64,000 bases of DNA from Hamiltosporidium tvaerminnensis FI-OER-3-3 (GCA_022605425.2 CM061250.1:620001-684000); one strand, 5' to 3'. Shown: positions 27,304-41,380, counted from the stretch's first letter. Notes: generated from the sequence alone by a model not told the origin. Translations and numbers: made by a program.

Positions 27304-27995
27304 ATGGAACAACAATTCATACTTCGTGTAAATGAAGAATTGAAAGAAATATTACAAACAAATACAAAAAATATTGAATTGGAAGTTATCGGGGAAGATA
27401 CTGTTATTCTGAGACACAACTCAATAGAATATACCGGATATATTTCCAAATTACCATGTATAATTGAATCTCATAAAACTATGGACAATCAACAATTTTA
27501 TAAAATAAGTGATATATCACATATTGTGGTTATAGGCAATAAGAGTAAAGGAGAACATGGCATTACGCCACCGAGTAAAATGCCAAGCATAGATTTAGAA
27601 AACGTGTTGTAAAAACACAAATGGTAGAGGAAATAGAAAACAGAGTCAAGGAATTGCTTGAGAGAGATAAGAATTGTGTCGGTGTCGAGTTAATATTTGG
27701 AGAAGGCGAGCAAAAAGAAGAAAGTGAAGATGTCTCATCATTAGCAGCCGAACTTGAATATAATCTTATTGCATCTGAAAAAAATATTGTTACTGAAGAG
27801 AGCGATGAGATAAAACAAATGAAAGAATTGTTGAAGGAATTGGAGGAAAAAATAAAAACCAAAGAAGAACTTCTTAATACGGCTAGTAATATTATTCTTA
27901 AGAAAAGGTTTCAAGAATCCATTTTTGCTTTGAAAGAAGAATATAATAAAGTTATCGGAAAGATCAGAGAATTAGAAAATAATGAAAAAGATTAA
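27304..27995 (+). pseudogene. TAF7: TAF7 homologue, frameshifted (copy 3)
   Basis: 5' part intact. 1-nt deletion after HGITPP (ccgagtaaaatg versus ccgatgtacaatg). Confidence 0.85.
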
Positions 27996-30092
27996 AATTT
28001 GTATTTTTTTGGATTTGATACTAAGACCATATTTTAAATATATTATGGACATAGGTTTCCTAGAAATTTCTTCTTTTTCTATAAATTTTGTACTGTAAAA
28101 ATAAAATTTGTATTTTTATGAATAAAGTTAAAACGTTAATAGGTTTTTTTTTTATAATTTTATATTCACATAAATATAAATTTAGAAAATAAAGATTGCA
28201 TATTAATACTTTTTTTTCAGGTAAATATGTTTCATTTGTTCTGTTATATATTTCAAATGTTTTAGAATTTATATGATGGTAGGTGATATCACATATGATT
28301 TGCTTAAAATCCATTGCCTGGAATTTTTTCTTTGCTGAATTCTCTAGATTAGATATCTATATAAAGTTTCAAATTGGTTTAATATGTTTCTTTATAATTT
28401 AGGCACAATATCTTGAATTTAATTTACCTTACATTCACTGTATGTTTCTTACGTTTAATGAAAGTATGAATTATTTAAACATTCAATGTTCTAGTATGAT
28501 ATAACTGGTACTCAGATCATTCACTTAGTCTCTAGGTCTCTTTCTTGGTACTCTGCAAATCAAAAAAAAACGGCTTTAATTTTTTAAATCCTTAGACGGA
28601 ATATGTTTATGACTTATTGACATTGTGGAGCCTTTAAGATACATATAGATTATATTTCTATACTATACAATTCTATATTATTAATATAGGATTGGCGTAA
28701 TACCAAATCTATTAATATAACTTGACCCATTTAGCAGACCAATCTATCATTTTTAGTTTATTATGATTTAAAAAAATTAAAGCCTTAAAACTTCTATTAA
28801 AATGAAAGTAAAAAATTTAATTTCTCAAAAAAACCCCATAACTAATAAAATGTCTCAAATTAGTATTTTAATTAATCTAGATGCACATCTAGTTTTTGCA
28901 TTTATATTTACAAGAATATTTTGAAAATTTTATTTTCCAATTTTTTCGAAGACTTAAATCTATATTTATTAAAAAAATTTAATACAGATAGAATATCATT
29001 ATATTTTTGTCGTGTATAATTGTGTCAATGAATCTTTTATGTTTATATGTTTAATGATATACAAGCATGCTAAGAAGTCTGGCTTAATGAAATTTTCATT
29101 TGCACAATTAAATACATATTTTATCTGAATATACACAGAAGATAATCCTTGTACTAGCATCATTATTCTCAATATTAAGTTATGAGTATACTAATATAAA
29201 TCGCGCATAACATCTCTTAGAGCACCCAAACCTCCTTGAATATTTTTCGAATTTCTTCTCTAGCTTCCACGGCTTTACATTAAGCATGCTAGTATCATTT
29301 TCTACTGCATAAATTTTCTTTCGGTAGTCTGCATTTTTTTCTTTTTCTATTGAGTTTATACAAATAGGCTTGGTTTGTCTTTCGATCAGGGGGTATTCGT
29401 ATTACATGCTCTAGCCATCTTAATTTTTCTCTTTTTATTTCTGTTACCAAATTTGATTCAAGATAGAGATCATAAATTTCTTGGTCTGTTTGCATTTTTA
29501 TCTTATTGTTTATGGGTTTCGGGCATGAATTAAAGAAGCATCCTTCTTTCCCACGTGGCTAAAAGTATTTCATTCTTTTTATCATGGCCTAAGTATCAGA
29601 TTCATACATTACAGCAGTTCGTATGATAGTTCTAGATATATTCTTTTTTGAATTCCATCTTTTTATCTTGATTTAAGAATTTTTGCATCGTAAAGTAGAC
29701 TTTTCATGCTTTCATCCGTTCTTTAATTTCCTCATTGCTTTTGTTGTTTTAATTTATAAAAGTTTCTGATAAATTTAAAGCTCAGTACATTTTCGAACTT
29801 TAATAAGTAAATTTCTAGAGAATATTTCACGTTCCTTGCGGAAATGCTATTTCCATATACTTAGTTTTGCTTTTATTAATCTTTTTGCGGTCCATAATGC
29901 CTCTCATGTCCTTAGTGCCCCCGTTATTTCTAGAACATCCCCCCTTTATTTTCAATATATTATAACCCTCATATTTCTATTCATTCATCTTTAACACCCC
30001 AGATTAAAATATGAAGTATTTTGTTTCTTAATACATTAGGGGTCAAATGAAAATAAGTGTTTATATACTTTTAATTTTATTTTTCCCTCTAA

Positions 30093-33000
30093 TTTATTTA
30101 ATAAATTTATTTAATAAAATTCTGGGTTAAAATATTTTTAACATTTTTATATGTTTTCTTCTACCTCTTATGTGGAGGGAGGATAACCACATAAAAAACT
30201 TTCTGCTTGGCAATGAGTGTGTGAAACTGGTGTGAGGTCATTGTTTGGATTTTTGGTGGGAATAAAACCACACTACATCTTTGGTTGTTCCATGGGAGTT
30301 GTTATGAGGAGGGGAGGTCTAAGAGATGGAGAAACTTTTTCTACAAATTTATTTGTAGTTTTTTATGTAACCAGATTGCAGACCGCAGCTGAACATGTAG
30401 GTAATTGCCATGTAAAAGCATGGAAACCTAGCCTTGCTCACTCGGGTTAGAAGACTTAGCGCCTGGGAGACATAAAACAAAAAACCATTTAAAGCCAGGA
30501 AAGCTAAGTAGCAGGTTATACCTGTTGGTATGACATTGCACTGTCTAGGTGGACCCCATGTAAATCTCTGAAATATATCTTAGCTAGAAGTTTATTGGGT
30601 TCAGAAAGTGTAGAGTAAGTGGGAATGCTGCATAGTCTTGGGGGAGCCCAGGGGGGGCTTCGGCCTTCGATCACACTCCATGCAACGGACATTAACGAAC
30701 TCCGGGCAACTGCCTCGCCTAGTAATTAGGTTCTACACACCTGGTAAATGAAAGGCTTTGGGACGTAGGTATCGCGGGGGTTACCGATGGAGTGTTGGGG
30801 TAGTAGTTATTTATGTTAAACCTAGAACTGCGTTAATGTCATGAAAACAAATATAACACTTGCCACTGTTTTAAAAAAAGATGTGATACTTTTAAATAAA
30901 GTTCTTCTACCTCTTTAACCACTATTGTCTCTTCTTCCAAATCCGACTCTTCATTTATGTTATTGGTCGGTTCCTCTAAAGTGGTTCCTCCTTGTGAAAT
31001 AAGGGTTGCTTTATTTTTTGGTTTTAAAATTTTAACACCATCTTCCTTTCTTTTCGCTTCTTTTAAAGAGGTTATTGGTTCCTCGCATCTATGCTCTCAT
31101 AATAACACCCATTGACGCTCTCTCCCAGCTCTCTTCGGCATTTAGTCCTGACTCAAGTCCTCTTCGTCGATCAAAGGAAATTGTTTCGACTGTTTTCTTA
31201 AGTACTATAGACTGAATGTATGCCTCTACATTCATGGGTATTTCTAGTCTTTTAAGACGAGATTTATGGTATTTTGTCACAATACCGTCTCAGGTCATCA
31301 CATAAGGGATTATCTCAACACTACACCTATAAATAAGACCCAACTCATTGGCTAGCAGGTCATACTTCCTAAGTTTTTCAGTTTCAACTATTTGAAGTGA
31401 ATCTTGGGAAGTGATTCCTACTTCAATGAGTATTATATTATTCTTATTCTTATCTAAAATATATATGTCCGGTCTGTTATTCCGAATTTTAACATCAGTT
31501 TTAATTCTGGTGTCCACTCTTATCTCTGCATACTCATTATCAAGAATTTCTTGAACTGAGTGACTCCTTATTCGTTTTGAAGACTTAAACTTATATCTAT
31601 TTAGAAGAAGTAGGTGTAGGCATCTAACCACTTCATTATGCCGTCTAGTGTAATCATGGCCTAGCATTTTTCACATCTAGTTGCTATGATCTACAGTCTT
31701 ACCAGACTTCCCGCAATGTGGACACACACCATCTGCTCCCCAGAATACATTTCTATCTTGGATATAGCAGAACACAGCTTCATTTCGTGGCCTAATATTT
31801 CCTCTCTTTAGCCATCTTGAAGAGTCACTAACACACACAAGCTCATTTTTTCTTGCATTATATAACTTTGAATGGAGTTTTTGTTTTTCTATTTCGTTAT
31901 ATAGTTTTGCAAGTTTAGCTTCTTCTAAACTTTTCTTAGTGACTTCTTCTACCAACCTGTACTTTACTTTTAAGAAGCCTTTTATTAGTGCAAGATGGGT
32001 TTTATTATTATTCTCCACCTTGAGGATTGCTGCTCGTCTAGTTGATATTTCTTTACTTTTTTCCAGACAATCCAAGAGTTGCAGAAGCATATGTTCGCTT
32101 CGCAACTCAACACTATGTAGGCCTCTTCCAATTTCTGTTCTAGGAAGGTATAAACGCTCTTTACATCCTGGGCGGAGATGTATCTTATTCTTCACCAACA
32201 CCGCACGCACTGCATTATCTAACTTAGAGAAGTAAGCCGGTTCAAGTCGAAGTACTCCTATGTGGTAGTTGATTAACGATATCGCATGTTGATTGATTGC
32301 AGAAAATAATTTTTTTGCATTTAATCTAGTGTGACGAAGTCTTTCAACTCTTGATATAAGTTTGCTCTGTACTTCTTCAAATGAGCTACGTGTTGGAATT
32401 CCTCTGCTATCTTCTATTATTCCTAAATATTTGTAAACACTAACACCTTCTAGAAGAGTAGCAGTATCTTCACAATACTTATCATTTGTGGCTGACTTCT
32501 CTTTGTTAATCTCTAACCCAATCACCTCTAAAAATTCCTTTGCCTCGTCTGTCATAGCACTCAATGTCGAACAGTCTTTAGCAAGGAGCTTTAGATCATC
32601 AATAAACAAGAGATGATTAGTAGAATGGGATTCTGCATCTGTTTGTACTGTCACTTTTGTGTATTTTTGCATTAAGCTTTCGGCTTAATGGATCCATACA
32701 CAACACAAATAACAATGGTGACAAACTATCTCCTTGTAGAATCCCTCTCCTAATCTTCTTGCACATGATTTTTTCAGGCCCTACCGATATATCAATTTTC
32801 CATTTTGAAATAATTACCTTAATAAATTTCAGGATCCAATCAGGTAAATTAAGGTTTTCAATGCATTGAGTTAAATAAGCATGATCTATTGAATCATAAG
32901 CTTTTTTAACATCAATCCATGTTGCCTTAAGATTATTTCCATACTCTTTATTTAAGGCAATATTCAGTAGAGCCTGCTCTTTCGCTACCCCACACCTCTT

Positions 33001-34649
33001 ACCGCCCCTAATTGGTTCTCTGCAAGACTCTCGCCTTTCCACTTCAAGTTGAACGACCTTCGTTACACACTTTGTTCGTTTACTTATAGAGGTTGGACAT
33101 ACAAGTGATTGGCCTGTAGTCAGAGCCTCTTCGTGGAATTCCTTTGGGTATCAAATAGGTAAGCCCGCAGTTAAAATTAATCAGCTTGAGGTGTTCCTTT
33201 TAAACATATAACTTTCACAATATCATAAAGATATTTGTGAAGAGTTGTAAGTTTCTTAATGAAAAAATTGTAAATACCATCAATTCCAGCAGCTTTCCAG
33301 TTGGGAAGCCAATTAATGATATTTACAAATTCATCAAGTGAAGGAAACGTAGTCGGATGATTATCTGATACAATTGGAATCAAATAATCATCATACGTGA
33401 CTGTATAATCATTTTTGTTCCACATTGTAGACCAAAAACTCACAATTTCATCACGGCTAACCACATGCTCGGATTCCACACGCTCGGATAACCCACGATA
33501 AAATCGACCTCGGAAAAGCTCAAACATACGATTCTCTTTTCGGAATTGCTTCCTACTTTCATGCATCGTAATTTTTTTCTCGTATACATTCAAAGACTCA
33601 TTCTTCTTAACCAAAGCCTCAGAAAGATCAGTTATACTGCTCAAGTTTAAATTAAACTCTCGCATAATTTTCTTAAGGCTCTTCTTTTCCGAAGTGGAGA
33701 GCTTTTCCTGCTTACGAGCCTTCTCGAGAAGATCTTTGGAAAGTACTAACTTAGAAATTTTACTTTCTATGTTTTGCTTCCAAGCGGATCTAGGCTTTTC
33801 TTTACGTGTTGCCTCGTCATAGCATATCTGCGCAGCTTGCATGATATACGCGGCTTCCGTAATTGACTCAGGTACATGAGCTCCTGCATATTCACCGACT
33901 ACTCGATTAATGAGATCCAGAACTTTACTATCAACCAATTCATTTGGATGTTTTCTAGTTCGGACCACCACTTTTCCAATTTCGTTCTCCGAGATTTCTT
34001 TGATTTTACTCAAGAATTTATCTCTCAGGTTTATGTACTCCGTGGTGTCGGTCAAGGTGCATGTATCAGCGAGACAAGTGGCGATTCTACGTCGCTCTCC
34101 ATTTCTTCTGATTTTACTTCCTTTCCCATCTCACTTTGTGCCAATTTTTTAACACTTCGAGAGTTTCAGTGCAGCCGAATTTCTCATTATAGTATCTGTG
34201 AAGCTCTGTCCAGCCATTTCTTGGCATTCTTTCAAAACTTGTCTGTACTGCAAAAAAAAACAATTCGAGGCCATTCCTTCGGGTCAGCTGTTACGGAATC
34301 GAATATCGTCCGCAATGCCATTAGCCTGTTACCTTCCGGAATAGCTAGAGTACAGGGGCTTGTCATGTCGTACGATGGCTCGCACGCAGAGACTTCAACC
34401 GAAGAGGGAACTGGTGCATTAGGCGAAGGTAAGGTGTCAAGCCCACTATTTTGCATTTTACTGCATGTTTGGCTTGGTGGTGGAGGTGTTATTGTTGTGT
34501 AGGAGGAGGAAGGTAGGGAAATCGCCGGTGGGTGGTAGCTTACATTTTTGTACCTCACTATCACTCTTCTTCACCTCATCAGCGTCGTTTGCAGCCTTTA
34601 TTTTGGTATTTTTCGATATTTCGCTGCTAACATTTTTTTTCTACCCATC
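30093..34649 (-). mobile_element. R4-type RLE retrotransposon, copy C (full length, disrupted, with nested non-coding element)
   Basis: Same junctions as copy A (ttttccctctaa at 30081-30092 and 34650-34661) and shared lesions. Confidence 0.92.
30172..30900 (+). mobile_element. ~728-nt structured non-coding retroposon, independent insertion 3, nested in the retrotransposon 3' end
   Basis: 14-bp target-site duplication ttcttctacctctt at 30156-30169 and 30902-30915. The other retrotransposon copies are uninterrupted here. Confidence 0.9.
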
Positions 34650-34869
34650 TTTTCCCTCTAAAAATATTAGCGTAATTAATTTTAAAAATAAAACCATTTC
34701 CTTCTAACTAAACATTTCTTATTTAATAGCTAACACATATTTAAAAAAAGAAAATAAAAAGTAAAATTAAATTCGCTTTACTACGCTTTTTTAAAAGTTA
34801 ATTTTCAGCATTAACGTTTTATAATTTTACCATATTACTACTAAAAATATTTGTTCCTATAAAGACAAG

Positions 34870-35596
34870 GTGGAGGGAGGATAACCACATAAAAAACTTT
34901 CTGCTTGGCAATGAGTGTGAGAAACTGGTGTGAAGATCATTGTTTGGATTTTTGGTAGGAATACAACCACACTACATCTTCGGTTGTTCCATGGGAGTTG
35001 TTATGAAGAGGAGAGGTCTAAGAAATTGAGAAACTTTTTCTACAAATTTATTTGTAGTTTTTTATGTAACTAGATTGCAGACCGCAGCTGAACATGTAGG
35101 TAATTGCCATGTAAAAGCATGGAAACCTAGCCTTGCTCACTCGGGTTAGAAGACTTAGCGCCTGGGAGATATAAAAATAAAACCCATTAAAAGCCGGGAG
35201 AGCTAAGTAGCAGGTTATACCTGTTGGTATGACATTGCACTGTCTAGGTGGACCCCATGTAAATCTCCGAAATATATCTTAGCTAGAAATTTATTGGATT
35301 CAGAAAGTGAAGAGTATGTAAGGATGATGCATGGTCTTGGGTAAGTCCAGTGTTGGTTTCGACTTAAAATCACACTCCATGCAACGAACATTAACGAAAT
35401 CTGGGCAACTGCCTCGCCTATTAATTAGGTTCTCACACCTGGTAGATGAAAGGCATTGGGACGTAGGTATCGCAGGGGTTACCGATGGAGTGTTGGGGTA
35501 GCAGTCATTTATGTTAAACCTTGAACTGCGTTAATATCATAAAAACAAATATAACACTTGCCACTATTTTAAAAAGATGTGATACTTTTAAATAAA
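34870..35596 (+). mobile_element. ~728-nt structured non-coding retroposon (duplicate of insertion 2)
   Basis: Same flanks as 12171-12897. Confidence 0.85.
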
Positions 35597-36642
35597 GGAA
35601 ATACGATTAAAAAACAAAAATTTGGATGCATTTATTTTGTATCGAAAAATATTAGTTTTGTAGAAAATATGTTAAAAAAATGATTTAATGCTTTAAATAC
35701 AATTGAATATATTTTGATTTAAAATGCTTTCCAGACTTTTATATTTTTCTTCTACTTTTGTACCATCGTCTTTTACTTTTCAGAATCCGAATTTTCATCT
35801 ATTTTTATTGGCAGTTCCTTTAATATGGTTCTTCTAATCTGAAATAAGGAGCTATTATTTTTTAAAAAAAATATTTAGCGGCATATTATTCTTTACTCGC
35901 TTGTTTTAAATGCTATGATGATTCCTCTTCCACCTAGTCTCCGATAACACCCATAACTGCTTTTTGCCGGCTATCCTCGGCATTTGGGCCCGACTCAAGT
36001 CTTCTTCGTCAATCATAGGCAATTTTTTCAACTAGTTTCTTAAGTACAATTGACAGATTTTATCCCTCTATATTCAGCAATATTTGTCTTTTTACCATAC
36101 GTCTATGGAATTTTGTTACAATACCATCCGGGTTCATCACATACGGGATTATCTCCACATCACATTTCATTTATAAATAATACTAAACGTATGTTAAAAC
36201 CTTATGTTTTCCGATTTTTTTAATTTACTCAATTTGAAGTTAAACTTGGGAAGTAATTCTACTTCAATTTTGGTTTCCTTTTTCTACTCTTATTCAAAAT
36301 AAATATATCGGAACTATTATGCCGAATGTTGACATCAGTTTTTAGTCTGATGGCCACTCTTATCTCTGCATCTTCATTTTCAAAAATTTCCTGAACTGGT
36401 TTTCGCGCACAAACAAAGAAAAATCATGAGAAAAAAATGAACATTTTTAATCTAAAAATCACAAACTAAGATTTAAAAGACATATAAGCGTACGAAGTAA
36501 ATAAATTCTGGTGCAATATTTAAAATTCAAAAAAATAAATATGATATAAATTAAAGAAAAAACTAAAAATGAATTTTAATCATATCAATCTGGAGATTGA
36601 ATATAAAAAACATTTTCGCATCATAGAGCAGACTTTAAGCCT

Positions 36643-37327
36643 TCATTTTACTTTATGATAAATATAAGCAATAAAATCAGCGGGTTTACCGGATATTCCA
36701 TTTTTAGGTGCTTCAAACTTAAATTTTCTAGCCGAAGAAATACTTTTAACACCATTATCATCGCTTTTAACATCAAATACTTTCACGACAGAATCATCAA
36801 CTATATCTAAAACTGCAGAATTTACTTCGTCTTTTTTTTTGGTTTTTTATGGTCTTATGTATAAACGAAGATAAAGCATATGTTGGTTTAATAGGATGGT
36901 AGCCTTTGAAACAGAAACCAAGTCTAACTAAAAGCCCAACATCACCAACTATCTTTTCAAACTTAGAAATATCTATTTCAATGTCATTGATAGAGAACGA
37001 TTCTATCAACTTTTTAAATTCCTCTTTATTTTTCTTTTCTAATGCTTCTTTTGCCATTTTCACGCTTGACTCATTGTTTTCTTCATTAGTAAATCCAAAA
37101 GCACTTTTTTCTTTATCAGAAGCGAAATAACCAAACTTGTAAAGATTCACTAAAGATGTGAATTTTTTATCATCCTCTAAATCCGAAAATTTCTTATAGT
37201 CGTCTTCGAAGCTCTTAATGACATTACCAGCTTTAATGTATCCCACAACACACATTATGCCAAATATAGCCAATATTGAACCAACGACTCCTAATGCAAT
37301 GCGTATTTTGTTTCTTTTACTCACCAT
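36643..37327 (-). pseudogene. MVSKRN family, variant 4, with 1-nt frameshift
   Basis: Matches 61829-62512 except for an extra T in the run near 36832-36840. Could be a homopolymer error. Confidence 0.7.
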
Positions 37328-37586
37328 ATGGGTAACATTTTTTCACGTAATAAAGTAAAAAAATGATCAAATATTCCAAAGCGAATAATTAATTTGCACC
37401 TAAAAAATTAAAAAAAATTTATGAATCACAAATTCAATTTTTTCTTAAGCGTTTTCGATTGGTTATTTCTATAAATTAATGTGATTTCATACCATATAAA
37501 TTGCATTCTAAATATAAAAATTATTTTTTTATTATCAATTTGATAAATTATTTTGTTATATTTGGCTAATAATCAATGATTCTAGA

Positions 37587-40500
37587 TTTATTTAATAAAA
37601 TTCTGGGTTAAAATATTTTTAACATTTTTATATGTTTTCTTCTACCTCTTTAACCACTATTGTCTCTTCTTCCAAATCCGACTCTTCATTTATGTTATTG
37701 GTCGGTTCCTCTAAAGTGGTTCCTCCTTGTGAAATAAGGGGTGTATTATTTTTTGGTTTTAAAATTTTAACACCATCTTCCTCTCTTTTCGCTTCTTTTA
37801 AAGGGGGTATTGGTTCCTCATGCATCTCTGATCTCATAATAACACCCATTGACGCTCTCTCCCAGCTCTCTTCGGCATTTAGTCCTGACTCAAGTCCTCT
37901 TCGTCGATCAAGGAAATTGTTTCGACTGTTTTCTTAAGTACTATAGACTGAATGTATGCCTCTACATTCATGGGTATTTCTAGTCTTTTAAAATGAGATT
38001 TATGGTATTTTGTCACAATACCGTCCCAGGTCATCACATAAGGGATTATCTCAACACTACACTTATAAATAAGACCTAACTCATTGGCTAGCAGGTCATA
38101 CTTCCTAAGTTTTTCAGTTTCAACTATTTGAAGTGAATCTTGGGAAGTGATTCCTACTTCAATGAGTGTTATCTTATTCTTCTTCTTATCTAAAATGAAT
38201 ATGTCCGGTCTGTTATTGAATTTTAACATCAGTTTTAATTCTGGTGTCCACTCTTATCTCTGCATACTCATTATCAAGAATTTCTTGAACTGAGTGGCTC
38301 CTTATTCGTTTTGAAGACTTAAACTTATATCTATTTAGAAGAAGAAGGTGTAGGCATCTAACCACTTCATTATGCCGTCTAGTGTAATCATGGCCTAGCA
38401 TTTTTTCACATCTAGTTGCTATGATCTACAGTCTTACCAGACTTCCCGCAATGTTGACACACACCATCTGCTCCCAGAATACATTTCTATCTTGGATATA
38501 GCAGAACACAGCTTCATTTCGTAGCCTAATATTTCCTCTCTTTAGCCATCTTGAAGAGTCACTAACACTCACAAGCTCATTTTTTCTTGCATTATATAAC
38601 TTTGAATGGAGTTTTCGTTTTTCTATTTCGTTATATAGTTTTGCAAGTTGAGCTTCTTCTAAACTTTTCTTAGTGACTTCTTCTACCAACCTGTACTTTA
38701 CTTTTAAGAAGCCTTTTATTAGTGCAAGATGGGTTTTGTTATTATTCTCCACCTTGAGGATTGCTGCTCGTCTAGTTGATATTTCTTTACTTTTTTCCAG
38801 ACAATCCAAGAGTTGCAGAAGCATATGTTCGCTTCGCAACTCAACACTATGTAGGCCTCTTCCAAGTTCTGCTCTAGGAAGGTATAAACGCTCTTTACAT
38901 CCTGGGCGGAGATGTATCTTATTCTTCACCAACACCGCACGCACTGCATCATCTAACTTAGAGAAGTCAGCCGGTTCAAGTCAAAGAACTCCTATGTGAT
39001 AGTGTATTAACGATATCGCATGTTGATTGATTGCAGAAAATAAATTTTTTGCATTTAATCTTGTGTGACAAAGTCTTTCAACTCTTGATGTAAGTTTGCT
39101 CCGTACTTCTTCAAATGAGCTACGTGTTGGGATACCTCTGCTATCTTCTATTATTCCTAAATATTTGTAAACACTAACACCTTCTAGAAGAGTAGCAGTA
39201 TCTTCACAACACGTATCATTTGTGGCTGACTTCTCTTTGTTAATCTCTAAGCCAATCACCTCTAAAAATTCCTTTGCCTCGCCTGTCATAGCACTCAATG
39301 TGGAGCTGTCTTTTGCAAGGAGCTTAAGATCATACATAAACAAGAGATGATTAGTAGAATGGGATTCTGCATCTGGTTGTACTGTCACTTTTGTGTATTT
39401 TTCATTAAGCTTTCGGCTTAATGGATCCATACACAACACAAATATCGAAGGTGACAAACTATCTCCTTGTAGAATCCATCTATCAATCTTCTTGCTCATG
39501 ATTTTTTCAGGCCCTTCTGATATATCAATTTTCCATTTTGATATAATTAGCTTAATAAATTTCAGGATCCAATCAGGTAAATTAAGGTTTTCAATGCATT
39601 GAGTTAAATAAGCATGATCTATTGAATCATAGGCTTTTTTAACATCAATCCATGTTGCCTTAAGATTATTTCCATACTCTTTATTTAAGGCAATATTCAG
39701 TAGAGCCTGCTCTTTCGCTCCCTGCACACCTCTTACCGCCCCTAGTTGGTTCTCTGCAAGCAACCCTCGCCTTTCCACTTCAATTTGAACGACCTTTGTT
39801 ACACACTTTGTCGTTAACTTATAGAGGTTGGACATACAAGTGATTGGCCTGTAGTCAGAGCCTCTTCGTGGAATTCCTTTCGGTATCAAATACGTAAGCC
39901 CGCAGTAAAACCAATCAGCTTGAGGTGTTCCTTCTAAACAAATAACTTTCACAATATCATAAATATATTTATGATGAGTTGTAAGTTTCTTAATGAAAAA
40001 ATTGTAAATACCATCAATTCCAGCAGCTTTCCAATTAGGGAGCCAATTAATGATATTTACAAATTCATCAAGTGAAGGAAACGTAGTCGGATGATTATCT
40101 GATACAATTGGAATCAAATAATCATCATACGTGACTGTATAATCATTTTTGTTCCATATTGTAGACCAAAAACTCAGCATTTCATCACGACTAACCACAT
40201 GCTCGGATTCCACACGCTCAGATAACCCACGATAAAATCGACCTCGGAAAAGCTCAAACATACGATTCTCTTTTCGGAATTGCTCCCTACTTTCATGCAT
40301 CGTAATTTTTTCTCGTACACATTCAAAGACTCATTCTTCTTAACTAAAGCCTCGGAAATATCAGTTACACTGCTCAAGTTTAAATTAAACTCTCGCATGA
40401 TTTTCTTAAGGCTCTTCGTTTCCGAAGTGGAGAGCTTTTCCTGCTTACGAGCCTTCTCGAGGAGATCTTTGGAAAGTACTAGCTTAGAAATTTTACTTTC

Positions 40501-41380
40501 TATGTTTTCCTTCCAAGCGGATCTAGGCTTCTCTTTACGTGTTGCCTCGTCATAGCATATCTGCGCAGCTTGCATGATATACGCGGCTTCCGTAATTGAC
40601 TCAGGTACATGAGCTCCTGCATATTCACCGACTACTCGATTAATGAGATCCAGAACTTTACTATCAACCAATTCATTTGGATGTTTTCTAGTTCGGACCA
40701 CCACTTTTCCAATTTCGTTCTCCGAGATTTCTTTGATTTTACTCAAGAATTTATCTCTCAGGTTTATGTACTCCGTGGTGTCGGTCAAGGTGCATGTATC
40801 AGCGAGACAAGTGGCGATTCTACGTCGCTCTCCATTCTCTTCTGATTTTACTTCCTTTCCCATCTCACTTTGTGCCAATTTTTTTAACACTTCGAGAGTT
40901 TCAGTGCAGCCGAATTTCTCATTATAGTACCTGTGAAGCTCTGTCCAGCCATTTCTTGGCATTCTTTCAAACCTTGTCTGTACTGCAAAAAAACAATTCG
41001 AGGCCATTCCTTCGGGTCGGCTGTTACGGAATCGAATATCGTCCGCAATGCCATTAGCCTGTTACCTTCCGGAATAGCTAGAGTACAGGGGCTTGTCATG
41101 TCGTACGATGGCTCGCACGCAGAGACTTCAACCGAAGAGAGAACTGGTGTATTAGGCGAAGGTAAGGTGTCAAGCCCACTATTTTGCATTTTACTGCATG
41201 TTTGGCTTGGTGGTGGAGGTGTTATTGTTGTGTAGGAGGAGGAAGGTAGGGAAATCGCCGGTTGGTGTAGCTTACATTTTGTACCTCATATCACTCTTCT
41301 TCACCTCATCAGCGTCGTTTGCAGCCTTTATTTTGGTATTTTTCGATATTTCGCTGCTAACATTTTTTTTTCTACCCATC
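37587..41380 (-). mobile_element. R4-type RLE retrotransposon, copy D
   Basis: ORFs 37628-41189. 5' junction as in A/C. 3' junction in the MVSKRN upstream region (empty site near 44311-44330). Confidence 0.92.

Noticed and set aside
30217-30450. Short ORFs inside the 728-nt element (also 7844-8047)
   Set aside because: Non-ATG starts, differing frames and indels between copies. Not conserved as coding.
30172-30900. Known RNA classes for the element (hammerhead, twister, HDV, group I/II intron, RNase P/MRP, telomerase RNA, tRNA-SINE)
   Set aside because: GTGGAGGG and TAACACTTGCC recall twister strands, but the UCCCAAGC loop is missing on that strand. I saw no CUGANGA core, no convincing P7 or domain V, no RNase P conserved regions and no 1.5-repeat telomere template. 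A covariance-model search is still needed.
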